Origin: an uncultured Gammaproteobacteria bacterium
Lineage (GTDB): Bacteria; Patescibacteriota; Microgenomatia; Levybacterales; UBA12049
NCBI GenBank assembly: GCA_965230895.1
Contig: OZ246394.1
Location: forward strand, 505,316-569,315
Length of the DNA stretch: 64,000 nt
Direction of reading: 5' to 3'
Positions 29,116 to 39,558 of the stretch are shown one piece after another. Below the pieces are notes generated by a model. That model ran no database searches. It saw nothing but the letters and a program-made list of their open reading frames with translations, and was not told where the DNA came from. A program made the translations under genes and the position numbers. How positions within the stretch are numbered: the stretch's first letter is position 1; every line of letters begins with the position of its first letter.

Positions 29116-29889
29116 ATGGAATTATCAAAAGAATTTTTATTTGATCTACAAAAATCTACTGCACTGCTTGTTCAAGATGTAGGGAATTATGTATATGAAG
29201 AGTGGTTAAAAGAGCATACTGTTTCGTTTAAGGATTTTCGAGATGTAGCAACAGAAGTTGATGTTGAAGCGGAGCGAAGGTTGCGAAATGGTTTACAGAA
29301 ACTATATAGTGATGCTGGATTTATTGTTGAAGAAGGAGAAGATGCAAGAAAAGATTCTTTTAATTGGATCATTGATCCTCTTGATCAAACCAAAAAATAT
29401 GTAGCCAAGCTCCCACTCTTTTTTGTGCAAATTGGATTACTAGATAAAGATGGAGAGTGCATTTTAGGTCATATTTATAATCCCGTATCAAAACAACTTT
29501 TTTCAGCAAGCAAAGACAATGGTGCGTACTTAAATGATAAAAAGTTTATTACAGAAACACGAGATGAGTTTTCCAAAGCAATTGTTGATATTAATTTTAG
29601 TGGAAAGACTGATCTTCCATGGAAATTAGAAAAATTATCTCTTTTAGCAGAGAAATTCTACCGTATACAGATTTCATCAAATGCGTTTTCAGCATACATT
29701 CTCACAGGAGCAGTCGATTGCTTTGTTGCGTTAGCCGACTTAAAAGATCCTGTGGACATTCTTCCAAGAGTAATCATTATGAAAGAAGCAGGATTACAGA
29801 CAGAATATCTTGAAATTGAGGGAAGAAAATTATGGATTGTTGCTGCTCCAAAGCTTTTTGATGAAACGCTTGCTTTGCTAATGAAATAA
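29116..29889 (+). CDS. Inositol monophosphatase family protein (divergent)
   Basis: TEVD, VEE, WIIDPLDQT. Confidence 0.85.
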   Translation: MELSKEFLFDLQKSTALLVQDVGNYVYEEWLKEHTVSFKDFRDVATEVDVEAERRLRNGLQKLYSDAGFIVEEGEDARKDSFNWIIDPLDQTKKYVAKLPLFFVQIGLLDKDGECILGHIYNPVSKQLFSASKDNGAYLNDKKFITETRDEFSKAIVDINFSGKTDLPWKLEKLSLLAEKFYRIQISSNAFSAYILTGAVDCFVALADLKDPVDILPRVIIMKEAGLQTEYLEIEGRKLWIVAAPKLFDETLALLMK

Positions 29890-29942
29890 CATCTTTAACA
29901 TACTGGTGGAACAAAGTTGAAGAACAAAAATCGAAGAAATAA

Positions 29943-30641
29943 CTACTGAAGATTTACAGAATATACCTTAAATCCATCATCCAAAAGGACACTTATACAA
30001 CTCCCTATTGAGAAAGAAGATGCATTTGAAACTGTTTGGAAAAGATATGCTGGGACGAGAAGCCCTTGTCCACTTTTATCCGCGGTAAAGCTGATATGCC
30101 AAGAAGCATCATTCTTTTCGACAAGTTTGCCATTGATTTGTTTAATATTACCCGATGATTTGGTAATGAAAGATGGTGGCAAATAGATAGTTGAACCTGC
30201 GACAAAAGGTCCGACCCCATTGAGCTGGAGTAACTCATTTACTCGTGATTCATCTTTTAATTGCTCTTTCGCAATAGATTGCATCGAATCTGATTCTTTT
30301 AAGACATATGGCGTAAGATATTCCCATTTTTGAGAAAGACCTGTTTTGGCACAAGTGTTATTTCCCAGGGTTGCGGTCTCATTTTGAGAAGCTGTTGGAG
30401 CATTGGAATCTGGTCCTACCACTGTACTTTGATTGTTTGCAACTGGAGCTTTTAGTGTTGATTCTTGGTTTGCTTGTGCACTGAGTACTTTCTCCGCAGT
30501 ATTTGGTTGGCTATCCACTGAACCTTTACCATAAAAATAGCCGAGAAACCCTACAAGAAAAAGAGAAATTACCCATAAGGAAGTCATCCAATACTTGGAA
30601 TCTCCAGAAGATTCCGAAGGCGTTTCAACTTTTTCTTCCAT
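29943..30641 (-). CDS. Membrane-anchored LysM-like protein
   Basis: TM then YVLKESDSMQSIA..LN..GSTIYLP. Confidence 0.7.
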   Translation of the reverse strand: MEEKVETPSESSGDSKYWMTSLWVISLFLVGFLGYFYGKGSVDSQPNTAEKVLSAQANQESTLKAPVANNQSTVVGPDSNAPTASQNETATLGNNTCAKTGLSQKWEYLTPYVLKESDSMQSIAKEQLKDESRVNELLQLNGVGPFVAGSTIYLPPSFITKSSGNIKQINGKLVEKNDASWHISFTADKSGQGLLVPAYLFQTVSNASSFSIGSCISVLLDDGFKVYSVNLQ

Positions 30642-30689
30642 TTCTTAAGTATTGCGTGATACGAATGGAAAGTCAAATGTAAACACATA

Positions 30690-30725
30690 TTGACATAAAT
30701 ATACTTATATGTATAATATACGTAT
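30690..30725 (+). promoter_or_regulatory. Promoter of the EXLDI gene, overlapped by TATAC-type palindromes
   Basis: TTGACA..TATAAT; tatacgtata directly before the ATG. Confidence 0.6.
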
Positions 30726-31235
30726 ATGCCAAATAAAACAATTTACGTTAGTGATAATGACTTGCCTCTTTTTGACGAAGCGAAAGATATTGCCGGAGAA
30801 GCTGTCTCATCTGTTATCTCTCGTGCACTTCGAGAATATGTCAGTAGACACCGCAAAAAAGCTCAAGGGATGAAAGAGGTATCAGTACTCGTCGGTAAAG
30901 CAAATGCTGAACTTGAAAAGCGATTCGTCGCCGCAAAGATCGGTAATTGGAGTGGCTTTAGCGATGATAAAGAATGGTGGATGGAAGCAACGATCTATCG
31001 TACACAAAAAAATAATTGGGCAGTTAACCTCATAACAGTATGTAAAGCTAGTCTTCTTACAAATAAGCAAGCCTGGAAAGCAAGCGGAGATTATCTGACA
31101 AACCCTCGACATGCTGAACTTATTGTCGGATCTGATGAGAAAGACTTTATAAAGAAGCTTCCGGAAGATCTTTTAGGAATGCTCAGAAATCTTATGGAAA
31201 AAGACGAAAAGCCAGTCGAATTTTTGGATATTTAA
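30726..31235 (+). CDS. EXLDI protein (putative ribbon-helix-helix regulator)
   Basis: MPNKTIYVSD..D..LF start and VEFLDI C-terminus. Confidence 0.85.
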   Translation: MPNKTIYVSDNDLPLFDEAKDIAGEAVSSVISRALREYVSRHRKKAQGMKEVSVLVGKANAELEKRFVAAKIGNWSGFSDDKEWWMEATIYRTQKNNWAVNLITVCKASLLTNKQAWKASGDYLTNPRHAELIVGSDEKDFIKKLPEDLLGMLRNLMEKDEKPVEFLDI

Positions 31236-31250
31236 AGGAGGTGAGATGAT

Positions 31251-31403
31251 ATGAATCACAAACATTTAAACGAACTACAGCAAATGCAAGACGCAGAGTA
31301 CGCAATGAGATGGTATGGATGGGGCTCACCTATTGGTTTGAGTATTTTCTTCCTCACACTCGTAGCAATCGCAGCAATTATCAAAATGGTTTTCTTTGCT
31401 TAA
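31251..31403 (+). CDS. 50-aa single-TM protein (WGSPIGL), not in the ORF track
   Basis: SD AAGGAGGTGA; MNHKHLNELQQMQDAEYAMRWYGWGSPIGLSIFFLTLVAIAAIIKMVFFA*; terminator follows. Confidence 0.75.
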   Translation: MNHKHLNELQQMQDAEYAMRWYGWGSPIGLSIFFLTLVAIAAIIKMVFFA

Positions 31404-31407
31404 AATG

Positions 31408-31432
31408 GAGAGCCGTTCCGGAGCGGCTCTTT
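31408..31432. terminator. Intrinsic terminator-like hairpin
   Basis: agagccg-ttccggag-cggctct followed by T run. Confidence 0.65.
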
Positions 31433-31439
31433 AAGGCAA

Positions 31440-32690
31440 TTATTTCAGCATCAATTGTGCTAAACCTAAGAAGACAAAAAATCCAATCACATCAGTAGCT
31501 GTGGTGATAAAGATCGTTGCAGAAGACGCAGGATCCTTACCAAGAGATTTCATAATCATTGGCACGAGTGCTCCAAAGAATCCGGCATTAATTAAGTTAA
31601 TAATCATCGCAATTCCAAGTACCAAACCAAGGGCTGGGCTCTGATTAAAGACAGTTGCAATAACAGCGACGATGACACCATTGATCAAACCATTCACTCC
31701 CCCGGCAATCATTTCATTAATAATGAGTTTCTTACTTGTTCTGAGTTCTACTTCTTTCAAAACTAACCCACGAACAGCTACAGCAAGCGCTTGTGTGCCT
31801 GCATTCCCACCCATTCCAGCCACAATCGGCATATAAACCGCAAGTAATGTGAATTTAGAAATAGTATCTGAAAAAAGTCCCACAACTGAAGCCGCCATAA
31901 ATGCCGTTGCCAAGTTGATAATCAACCATTTGTAACGATACTTTACTTTTGTAAGTGGGCCATCCAATGAACTTTCTTCTTTAGCAACACCGGCAAAGCC
32001 ATACAAATCATGCATTGCGTGCTTATCAATCAATCGGAGTATTTCATTTGAGTGGATAATACCAAGAATATTTTCTTCTCCATCAAGTACAACAACTTTG
32101 TTGTGCGGATTCTTTACAAATGAATTGATAACTTTTGGCACTTCACTGTCATAACGAATGGATGGAATCCTCCGGATAAGTTTTTCATCAACTTCATTGG
32201 ATTTATGAAGAGCCAATGAATATCCTGGAAGTTCTCCAATAAGCTTATTGCCTTCAACCACAAGTATTGAAGGAAATTTTGCATTCTTTTTCTCGTAATC
32301 AGCAATTTCCTCAAGCACAGCAGATAATTTAGTATTTTTAGGAACGATAATGTAATTGAGATGCATTAATCCTGCTGCCGCTTTTGGATTAAATTTAAGG
32401 AGAAACTCAACCTTCTCGCGGACATAATCATTAAGTCGTTCAGTAATCTTTTTAGAACGACTTCCTTGAATTTCCTGAATAAGATCTGTTGCTTTATCTG
32501 GATCCAAAGGATTGAGAAAATTTAAAATTTCTTCGTCGGAAAGTTTTTGAAGCAAATCTCTTTGGATTCGGGTCGAAAGCTTAAGCAAGATATACCCTTG
32601 ACGGGCTGGTTCAATACCTTTAAATAACGTTAATCTTGTACTTGGAGAATTAACAAGCTGGTTTACAAGGCTTCGATCACTTAATGCCAT
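31440..32690 (-). CDS. mgtE: Magnesium transporter MgtE
   Basis: CBS region; GMGGNAGTQ, DPA..S..FITT.TD. Confidence 0.93.
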   Translation of the reverse strand: MALSDRSLVNQLVNSPSTRLTLFKGIEPARQGYILLKLSTRIQRDLLQKLSDEEILNFLNPLDPDKATDLIQEIQGSRSKKITERLNDYVREKVEFLLKFNPKAAAGLMHLNYIIVPKNTKLSAVLEEIADYEKKNAKFPSILVVEGNKLIGELPGYSLALHKSNEVDEKLIRRIPSIRYDSEVPKVINSFVKNPHNKVVVLDGEENILGIIHSNEILRLIDKHAMHDLYGFAGVAKEESSLDGPLTKVKYRYKWLIINLATAFMAASVVGLFSDTISKFTLLAVYMPIVAGMGGNAGTQALAVAVRGLVLKEVELRTSKKLIINEMIAGGVNGLINGVIVAVIATVFNQSPALGLVLGIAMIINLINAGFFGALVPMIMKSLGKDPASSATIFITTATDVIGFFVFLGLAQLMLK

Positions 32691-32796
32691 AACTAATAAT
32701 AATTGTAGTACGTACTCTTGACTGATAGCAAGAGCTAATCGTTCGTTTTCTTATTAGGATTGACCTTCCAAATAATAAGTGTAAAATATACACCAC

Positions 32797-34596
32797 ATGC
32801 GCAAAGTATCTCTACCGATAAGCCGAACCATGAAGTTTCCTATCAGAAGACCATGGATACCTTATATTGTGTTTGTTATCTCACTTATTATCACTATCCT
32901 CGCAACTCTTTTTGTAATGCGCAGCGCTGAAGAACGCGATCGTCTCCGATTTCAAAGCGCTGTAGAACAAACACAAAATACTATTAATAATCGTGTTGAT
33001 ACATATATCGCACTGCTTCGAGGAGGGAGCGGATTACTCGCAGCTCGATCAGATATAACTGATGAAGAGTTCCGATTGTTTGTTGAACGATTACAGCTTA
33101 CCGAACGCTATCCGGGAATCCAAGGACTTGGGTATGCGCAACGAGTTCCAGCAGCTGAAAAAGAAAGTTTTGAGCAATACGCGAGAAGTGAAATTAAAGA
33201 AGATTTCACCATTAATCCTGAAGGTGAACGTGAAGAATATTACCCAGTTCTCTATCTTGAACCAAGAGATCATCTCACAAATGATCGAGCTCCAGGATTT
33301 GATGGCTTCTCTGACCCGATTAGAAGAAATGCTATGGAGAGAGCACGAGATACAGGTTTGAGTGCCGCTTCTGGCAAAGTATTATTATCACAAATCAACG
33401 GCCAGCAAAACCGTGCAGGTTTCTTAATATACTTGCCTGTTTACCAAAATGGCGAAGTACCAGAGACGCTGGCTGAAAAACGTGAGCAAATTGATGGATT
33501 TATATATAGTCCATTTCGAGCTGATACGTTATTCAAAGGGATTTTTGGAGACCAATCCCAACTACTTATAAACTTCCAAATTTATGATGGTATTTACACT
33601 AATGAAGCGCAATTGCTTCACGATTCTCGTACTGGCAGCAGCACTAATAGAAATGATAGCGAAGCTAATCCACGATATGTAACGAAAAGAACAATTGATA
33701 TTGCTGGTGAGAAATGGACAATTATATATGAGAATGATGCACAATTCGAAAACCAATCCCAACGTGGATTGGCTCCGTTTATCTTGGGCTTTGGATTGGT
33801 AATCAGCGGTGTACTCTTTATTTTAAGTAGAGCACAATTCCTTGCAAGAACAGCAGCGGAAAAGACGGCGGTTGAATTACTTAGTTCGCAGAAAGAGCTC
33901 CAAAAAGCTATCGGAATGCGTGATACATTTATCTCAGTAGCATCACATGAATTAAAGACTCCAGTCACCAGTTTGAATGTGTATTTGGAAGTTATGCTTC
34001 GACAATTCAAGAAAGAGAAAAATGAGTCAGCTGTCGTAAACCTTACCAAGATGAAAAAACAAATTGATAAGTTGACGGTGCTTATTCATGATTTGCTTGA
34101 TGTAACGAGAATTCAAACAGGCAAACTTGCTTTTGATGAAGAACTTTTTGATTTATCAGAAATTGTCCACGACATCGTAGAAAATACAAAACCGCTAGCA
34201 AATAAACATGAACTCATAATTGAGAAGAATGATCCAGTACAAGTTTGGGGTGATAAAGACAGGCTTGGACAAGTCATTAGTAATTTCTTAACAAACGCAA
34301 TAAAGTATTCTCCGGACGCGAATAAAATTATCATTCACTCAGAACACACAAAAGATACAGTTATGGTCTCTGTAAAAGACTTTGGTATTGGTATTGAACA
34401 ATCTCATCTTAAAAAGATCTTCAATCGTTTTTATCGCGTAACTGATAGAAATGTACAAACCTTCCCTGGTTTAGGAATCGGATTATATATCTGCCATGAA
34501 ATTATCAAGCGCCATGGTGGAGAAATCAAAGTTGAAAGTAAAAAAGGGAAAGGTTCCCTCTTTAGCTTCTCAATCCCTCTAAAGAAAAAAAGATAA
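32797..34596 (+). CDS. CHASE-domain sensor histidine kinase
   Basis: YPGIQGLG, YLEP..RAPGFD, ARDTG, GFLIYLPVY; SHELKTP; GLGIGL. Confidence 0.92.
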   Translation: MRKVSLPISRTMKFPIRRPWIPYIVFVISLIITILATLFVMRSAEERDRLRFQSAVEQTQNTINNRVDTYIALLRGGSGLLAARSDITDEEFRLFVERLQLTERYPGIQGLGYAQRVPAAEKESFEQYARSEIKEDFTINPEGEREEYYPVLYLEPRDHLTNDRAPGFDGFSDPIRRNAMERARDTGLSAASGKVLLSQINGQQNRAGFLIYLPVYQNGEVPETLAEKREQIDGFIYSPFRADTLFKGIFGDQSQLLINFQIYDGIYTNEAQLLHDSRTGSSTNRNDSEANPRYVTKRTIDIAGEKWTIIYENDAQFENQSQRGLAPFILGFGLVISGVLFILSRAQFLARTAAEKTAVELLSSQKELQKAIGMRDTFISVASHELKTPVTSLNVYLEVMLRQFKKEKNESAVVNLTKMKKQIDKLTVLIHDLLDVTRIQTGKLAFDEELFDLSEIVHDIVENTKPLANKHELIIEKNDPVQVWGDKDRLGQVISNFLTNAIKYSPDANKIIIHSEHTKDTVMVSVKDFGIGIEQSHLKKIFNRFYRVTDRNVQTFPGLGIGLYICHEIIKRHGGEIKVESKKGKGSLFSFSIPLKKKR

Positions 34597-34629
34597 AGTT
34601 TGTCTTATTTGTTATAATAAATCGACTCT

Positions 34630-35919
34630 ATGGAGATTCTTATCGTTATATTCTTAATTATTCTTAACGGGATCTTCGCCATGGCTGAGATTGCAATCGT
34701 ATCATCTCGCAAATCAAAACTCCAACATCTAGCAAACGAAGGAAGTAAACGAGCTCAAGCTGCATTAGAACTATCAAAAAATCCTAACAGGTTCTTATCA
34801 ACCGTTCAGATTGGAATTACACTTATTGGCATATTTGCAGGTGCATTTGGAGGTGCGACTATTGCTGAAAGTTTGTCTGAACAACTTAAGAATATTCCTT
34901 CGATAGCTCAGTATAGTGATGCAGTCGCACTCGGTATTGTGGTAACAGTCATCACTTATCTCTCACTTATTATTGGAGAGCTCGTTCCTAAAAGACTTGC
35001 ACTCTCCCACCCTGAACGATTTGCAATTATTCTTGCACGTCCAATGAATCTTGTTTCTCAGATCACGGCTCCGCTCGTTACACTATTGAGTGTTTCAACC
35101 GATGTCATTCTCCGGATTTTGCGAATCAAGCCAAACACTGAACCATCCGTCAGCGATGAGGAAGTAAGCATGCTTCTGAGAGAAGGTACACAAGTTGGAG
35201 TTTTTGAAATAGCAGAGAAGGACATTGTTGAAAGAACTTTAAAGCTTGGAGATAAAAGAATTCCAGCACTCATGACCCCACGAAAAGAAATTGTCTGGAT
35301 TGATATTGATAGTTCGATGAGAACGATACGAAATACTATTCTTGAATCTTCACTTGCATACTATCCAGTTTGCCGTGACAGTTTGGATAAAGTTGTAGGT
35401 ATCGTTCGATCAGAAGATGTTTTAAGGACCTTTTTAATGGATGAAAAAGTTGACTTAAAGAAATTTCTTATTAAGCCAGTCTTTATTCCTGAAAGTATGG
35501 ATCCATTACAAGTACTTGAAAACTTCAAGAAAACTGGTGTGCATACTGCTTTAGTAATTGATGAATTTGGGAATGTACAGGGACTTTTATCACTCAATGA
35601 TATCCTTGAAGCGATAGTCGGAGACATACCGTCAGTAAATGATATTGATGAAGCAGAGATTGTAAAACGGGATGACAATAGCTGGTTGTTAGATGGTTTA
35701 CTCTCTATTGATGAATTTAAAGAACATTTCCATATTAAGAAGTTACCTGAAGAAAAAGCTGGAGTATTCCATACAATTGGAGGTTTTGTAATGCATCACC
35801 TAGGAAAAATTCCAAATACAGGTGATACTTTTGAATGGGACAAGTTCATTTTTGAAATCGTAGATATGGATGGAAATCGAGTAGATAAAGTGCTTTTGAC
35901 GAAGAAGTTAGAGAAGTAA
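34630..35919 (+). CDS. Hemolysin/CNNM family (TlyC/CorC-like) protein
   Basis: FAMAEIA, GELVPK, CBS pair, DMDGNRVDKV. Confidence 0.92.
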   Translation: MEILIVIFLIILNGIFAMAEIAIVSSRKSKLQHLANEGSKRAQAALELSKNPNRFLSTVQIGITLIGIFAGAFGGATIAESLSEQLKNIPSIAQYSDAVALGIVVTVITYLSLIIGELVPKRLALSHPERFAIILARPMNLVSQITAPLVTLLSVSTDVILRILRIKPNTEPSVSDEEVSMLLREGTQVGVFEIAEKDIVERTLKLGDKRIPALMTPRKEIVWIDIDSSMRTIRNTILESSLAYYPVCRDSLDKVVGIVRSEDVLRTFLMDEKVDLKKFLIKPVFIPESMDPLQVLENFKKTGVHTALVIDEFGNVQGLLSLNDILEAIVGDIPSVNDIDEAEIVKRDDNSWLLDGLLSIDEFKEHFHIKKLPEEKAGVFHTIGGFVMHHLGKIPNTGDTFEWDKFIFEIVDMDGNRVDKVLLTKKLEK

Positions 35920-36633
35920 TTACTTTTTATTTTTTACTTTGTCTACTAATTTTCGAAAAGCCAAAGTTTTCTCTAGTACGACTGCTGTAATGAACACAAA
36001 AAATCCGGCGATATAACCAGCGAGCACATCACTTGGATAATGCACACCTAAGTACACTCTACTGAACCCTACAAAAAGAATAAGAAATGCAGAGATAATG
36101 ACAGCAATCACACTTAAAAGTTTCTTACGAGTAAAGTGATAAATGTAGTAAGAAAGCACTGAGTAAAAAATAAATGCGTTCATAGAATGACCCGATGGAA
36201 AGCTATACGAATCCATAATCATCAGTGGATCAAAATCAGGTCTTGGTCTTTGAAAAATAACTTTTAATATATTATTTAAAAGCACGCCTACCACAAGGAT
36301 TACGATAAACAAGATTGCTTCCCTTTTATGATCTTTCCACGCTAATCCCACAGCAAATAAACTTGCAATAACCAATGTAAATTCCGCACCAAGCATGGTT
36401 CCAAAAACCATAAATTGATTAAATTCTGGAGATCTAAAGGAATAAATATAATGAGAAAGTGCTGTATCAAGAGATTGTGTTTCAAGCTCAAGTACGTCTT
36501 TTGCGATATCTGCAAAAAGGATTAATGAACCGAGACTCAAGATAATACCGATAATTATCTCGATGTAAATTACATGCAGTGATTTCTTTTGAGTGATTTT
36601 CGAAAGATGTTTTGTTATGACTTGTTTACTCAT
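35920..36633 (-). CDS. PAP2 family phosphatase
   Basis: K..FQRPRP, SFPSGH, SRVYLGVHYPSDV. Confidence 0.92.
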   Translation of the reverse strand: MSKQVITKHLSKITQKKSLHVIYIEIIIGIILSLGSLILFADIAKDVLELETQSLDTALSHYIYSFRSPEFNQFMVFGTMLGAEFTLVIASLFAVGLAWKDHKREAILFIVILVVGVLLNNILKVIFQRPRPDFDPLMIMDSYSFPSGHSMNAFIFYSVLSYYIYHFTRKKLLSVIAVIISAFLILFVGFSRVYLGVHYPSDVLAGYIAGFFVFITAVVLEKTLAFRKLVDKVKNKK

Positions 36634-36665
36634 CTTTCTATTATAGCTTGTAGAAACAATTTTAG

Positions 36666-36980
36666 CTAAGAGTTCATTCCCCATTTTTCAAGAGACTTGA
36701 AGACGCCACTTAATGATTTTCCTTTTTCAGTCAAAGAATATTCTACATGTAATGGGACTTCCGCAAAGACATGCTTATCAATAATGTTCTCTTGCTCAAG
36801 CTCTTGAAGACGTTGCGACAGTGTCTTCGGGCTTATCCCCGGCAATGCACGCTGCAATTCTCCGAAACGATTTTTACCTTCAAATAGATTATGCAACAAG
36901 AGCATAGTCCATTTACTTCCGATAACTTTGAGTGTTTTGGCAACTGCACAGTGATTTAAATCATTACATTGATTTTTCAT
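36666..36980 (-). CDS. HxlR family winged-HTH regulator
   Basis: IGSKW, RFGELQR..ISPKTLSQRL, VEYSLTEKG. Confidence 0.92.
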   Translation of the reverse strand: MKNQCNDLNHCAVAKTLKVIGSKWTMLLLHNLFEGKNRFGELQRALPGISPKTLSQRLQELEQENIIDKHVFAEVPLHVEYSLTEKGKSLSGVFKSLEKWGMNS

Positions 36981-37078
36981 ACTTCATTTTTTGTAAGTAC
37001 TTTACTAAAGAAAGTTACAATGTTAGTATAACAATATATTAGTGAATAATCAACTAATACAAAAGGAGGTGATACATA

Positions 37079-37693
37079 ATGGATTGGAATACAGTAGCAG
37101 ATCAACAAACACTTGACACTACAGCCGCTGCTTTGAAGGCAAATGGGGTAAATGCAATCATCGTTGAGACTGGCGAAGAGGCAAAAGTGAAAGCATTGGA
37201 GTTATTACCTAAAGGATCTGAAGTTATGACAATGACTTCAGAAACACTCCGAACCCTCGGACTAGAATCTGAAATTAATGATTCGGGTAATTATGATGCG
37301 GTCAAACCAAAACTTGTGAAAATGGATAGAGTAACACAAGCAAGTGAAATGAATAAACTTGGAGCAGGAGCGGACTATTCAATTGGCAGTGTTCACGCTG
37401 TAACACAAGACGGAAAAGTTGTTGTCGCATCAAACTCTGGTAGTCAATTACCTGGATATGTGTATGGTTCACCACATGTTATTTGGGTAGTAGGAGGACA
37501 AAAGGTTGTTAAAAACCTTGACGAAGCAATGACAAGAATTTACGACCATGTTGTTCCTTTGGAAGGAGAACGTGCAAATAAAGCATACAATATTACAACA
37601 GGAACTAATCTCAGTAAACTCTTTATCCTCAATAAAGAAATAAACCCTGAAAGAATTACCATGATTTTGGTAAAAGAAAAACTTGGTTTCTAA
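37079..37693 (+). CDS. LUD-domain (lactate utilization protein-like) protein
   Basis: SVHAVTQDG..SNSGSQL..VGGQKVV..EKLGF; divergent from the HxlR gene. Confidence 0.85.
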   Translation: MDWNTVADQQTLDTTAAALKANGVNAIIVETGEEAKVKALELLPKGSEVMTMTSETLRTLGLESEINDSGNYDAVKPKLVKMDRVTQASEMNKLGAGADYSIGSVHAVTQDGKVVVASNSGSQLPGYVYGSPHVIWVVGGQKVVKNLDEAMTRIYDHVVPLEGERANKAYNITTGTNLSKLFILNKEINPERITMILVKEKLGF

Positions 37694-37707
37694 TCTCACA
37701 AAGCTTT

Positions 37708-37731
37708 ACCCTCTCCCGCAAAGGAGAGGGT
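37708..37731. terminator. Bidirectional terminator hairpin
   Basis: accctctcc-cgcaaa-ggagagggt between convergent genes. Confidence 0.8.
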
Positions 37732-37749
37732 TTAGTGAGAAAAATCCAC

Positions 37750-39087
37750 TTAAGAATATCGATCAATGTATTCTTTTACTTTGAATTTAGATTTTGCTCC
37801 GTTATAACTCATATAACGAATTTTGCCAAAAATCGCTCTTTCGAACCATGCTCTATCATGAACTCCTCCAATACTCCACGCAATCCCTGTGTAACCATTT
37901 GGATCTCTGCCATCCAAAAAATATTTATCATTGAGAACGTTGGTATGCTTTTGTGCTTCGTCTGCATTTTTGCTCCATTCAAATATCTTCTTTGCCCAAT
38001 ACATGCGCATATACCCGTGCATTTTCCCTCGTGACATCATTTCTTTTTGTGCAGCGTTCCATAAAGGATCATGTGTCTCTGCTCGCTCCAATTCTTTTAA
38101 AGAGTAAATGAATTCTCTTTTGTCTTCTTTATGTTTTTCGTGTGTTTCTTTGGACCAATTTGGATAGCCAATTGGCTTATCATAATTGGCATTGTAGAAA
38201 CAAAAATTGTCTGACAATTCTTTTCGTACAATTAATTCTTCGAGAAACGCTTCTTTTGATTTCGTATGCTCTTTTACATTTTCCATTTCTAACGCTATTC
38301 TTTGTGTTGAAATATGGCCAAAGTGGATATACGGACTAAGCATCGATTGGGCTGATTTGGTGGGATCATTCCTTTCCTCATCATATTTGGCAAGTCTCTT
38401 TTCAATGAAATCCTGCAGCATATTTTCTGCTGCTTCTTCACCAGATTTACACCATTCAATTGCTGGAACAGAATCATCTACCTTAATTGAGGAAGCAATC
38501 TCCTTCCAATCATTCTTTTGCAAAGAAAGTGCAGATCTCGTTTGTTTTTCTAACTTTGGGAAAGAGACAAGAAACTCTTGCAGATGAAAATGAATCTTTG
38601 GACGTAAGGTATATGCCCCAAACTCTTGTTTTGGAGAAGCAATCCAACAAGGGACAATATTATGCGCATCAACTTCATAAAAAGGAACTTTGATCTCTGA
38701 TGCAATTGCGTTATTCCAATTTTGTTTCCAACGCAATGGGTTAAAGTCTGTAAATAAAGCGCCTACATTATTCTTCTTTATAAACTTCGGGATTTCGTCT
38801 TTAGGATCACCGATTAAAAAATAAAAAGGAATATTCTTTTTTGCTAAATGATGTTCTACTTCTTCCAATCCTTGGAGCATGAACTCCACGAGCCGTTCTG
38901 TGTTATTAGCAAATTTCTTTCGTAAACAAAAAACAACTGCAACTGAAGTATTTTTTTCTTTTGCGAATTCGATAGCATGCAATAAAGCCCAATTGTCAAA
39001 AGCTCGTTGGTCTCTACTCATCCAATAAATAACTGAACCTGATTTGTATTCATGATTATTGAGTTCTCTAACGCGTTTGCTATTCAT
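37750..39087 (-). CDS. phrB: Class II CPD photolyase
   Basis: YWMSRDQR..DNWAL, LSPYIHFGHIS, GKMHGYMRMYWAKKI, DGRDPNGY. Confidence 0.93.
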   Translation of the reverse strand: MNSKRVRELNNHEYKSGSVIYWMSRDQRAFDNWALLHAIEFAKEKNTSVAVVFCLRKKFANNTERLVEFMLQGLEEVEHHLAKKNIPFYFLIGDPKDEIPKFIKKNNVGALFTDFNPLRWKQNWNNAIASEIKVPFYEVDAHNIVPCWIASPKQEFGAYTLRPKIHFHLQEFLVSFPKLEKQTRSALSLQKNDWKEIASSIKVDDSVPAIEWCKSGEEAAENMLQDFIEKRLAKYDEERNDPTKSAQSMLSPYIHFGHISTQRIALEMENVKEHTKSKEAFLEELIVRKELSDNFCFYNANYDKPIGYPNWSKETHEKHKEDKREFIYSLKELERAETHDPLWNAAQKEMMSRGKMHGYMRMYWAKKIFEWSKNADEAQKHTNVLNDKYFLDGRDPNGYTGIAWSIGGVHDRAWFERAIFGKIRYMSYNGAKSKFKVKEYIDRYS

Positions 39088-39113
39088 GAGGTTAGTATAC
39101 AATGACAATGAAA

Positions 39114-39506
39114 TTATTTTTGAAAGAATTTGGTATGGAGCGATTGGATATATGTTTCGTCTAATTGCATCTTTTTTAACTGAACATCTGATGGAATAAA
39201 ACGATACTGGTCAATGTCTAAAGTGAAATTTTCTAAAATTGTTACTCCTTCGGCAGAAAGCAATTTTCTTTGTACATGTTTATCGTTATATAAATTACCA
39301 TCAATTGAGATACGTCCTGAATTATTAATAACTCTCCACCATGGTAAATCAACTGATGATTCTATACTGCGCAATGTCCAACCGACCTGTCTTGCTGCTC
39401 TAGGAACTCCAATATACGCTGCAACTTGTCCATAACTCATAACCTTACCCTGTGGAATCATACGGACAACTTTGATAACTTTTTCTTTAAATGTCGACAT
39501 TTGCAT
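39114..39506 (-). CDS. Alkyltransferase-like (MGMT family) protein
   Basis: IPQGKVMSYGQVA..ARQVG..PWWRV (Trp replaces the catalytic Cys). Confidence 0.88.
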   Translation of the reverse strand: MQMSTFKEKVIKVVRMIPQGKVMSYGQVAAYIGVPRAARQVGWTLRSIESSVDLPWWRVINNSGRISIDGNLYNDKHVQRKLLSAEGVTILENFTLDIDQYRFIPSDVQLKKMQLDETYIQSLHTKFFQK

Positions 39507-39558
39507 ATATAGTAGCATATCCCGTTGAATAGCTGATATACAATGATATAATAAGCCA

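Noticed and set aside
28256-29889. Tandem inositol monophosphatases as a novel system
   Set aside because: A common family; nothing beyond the duplication and a DPLDQT variant supports a special role.
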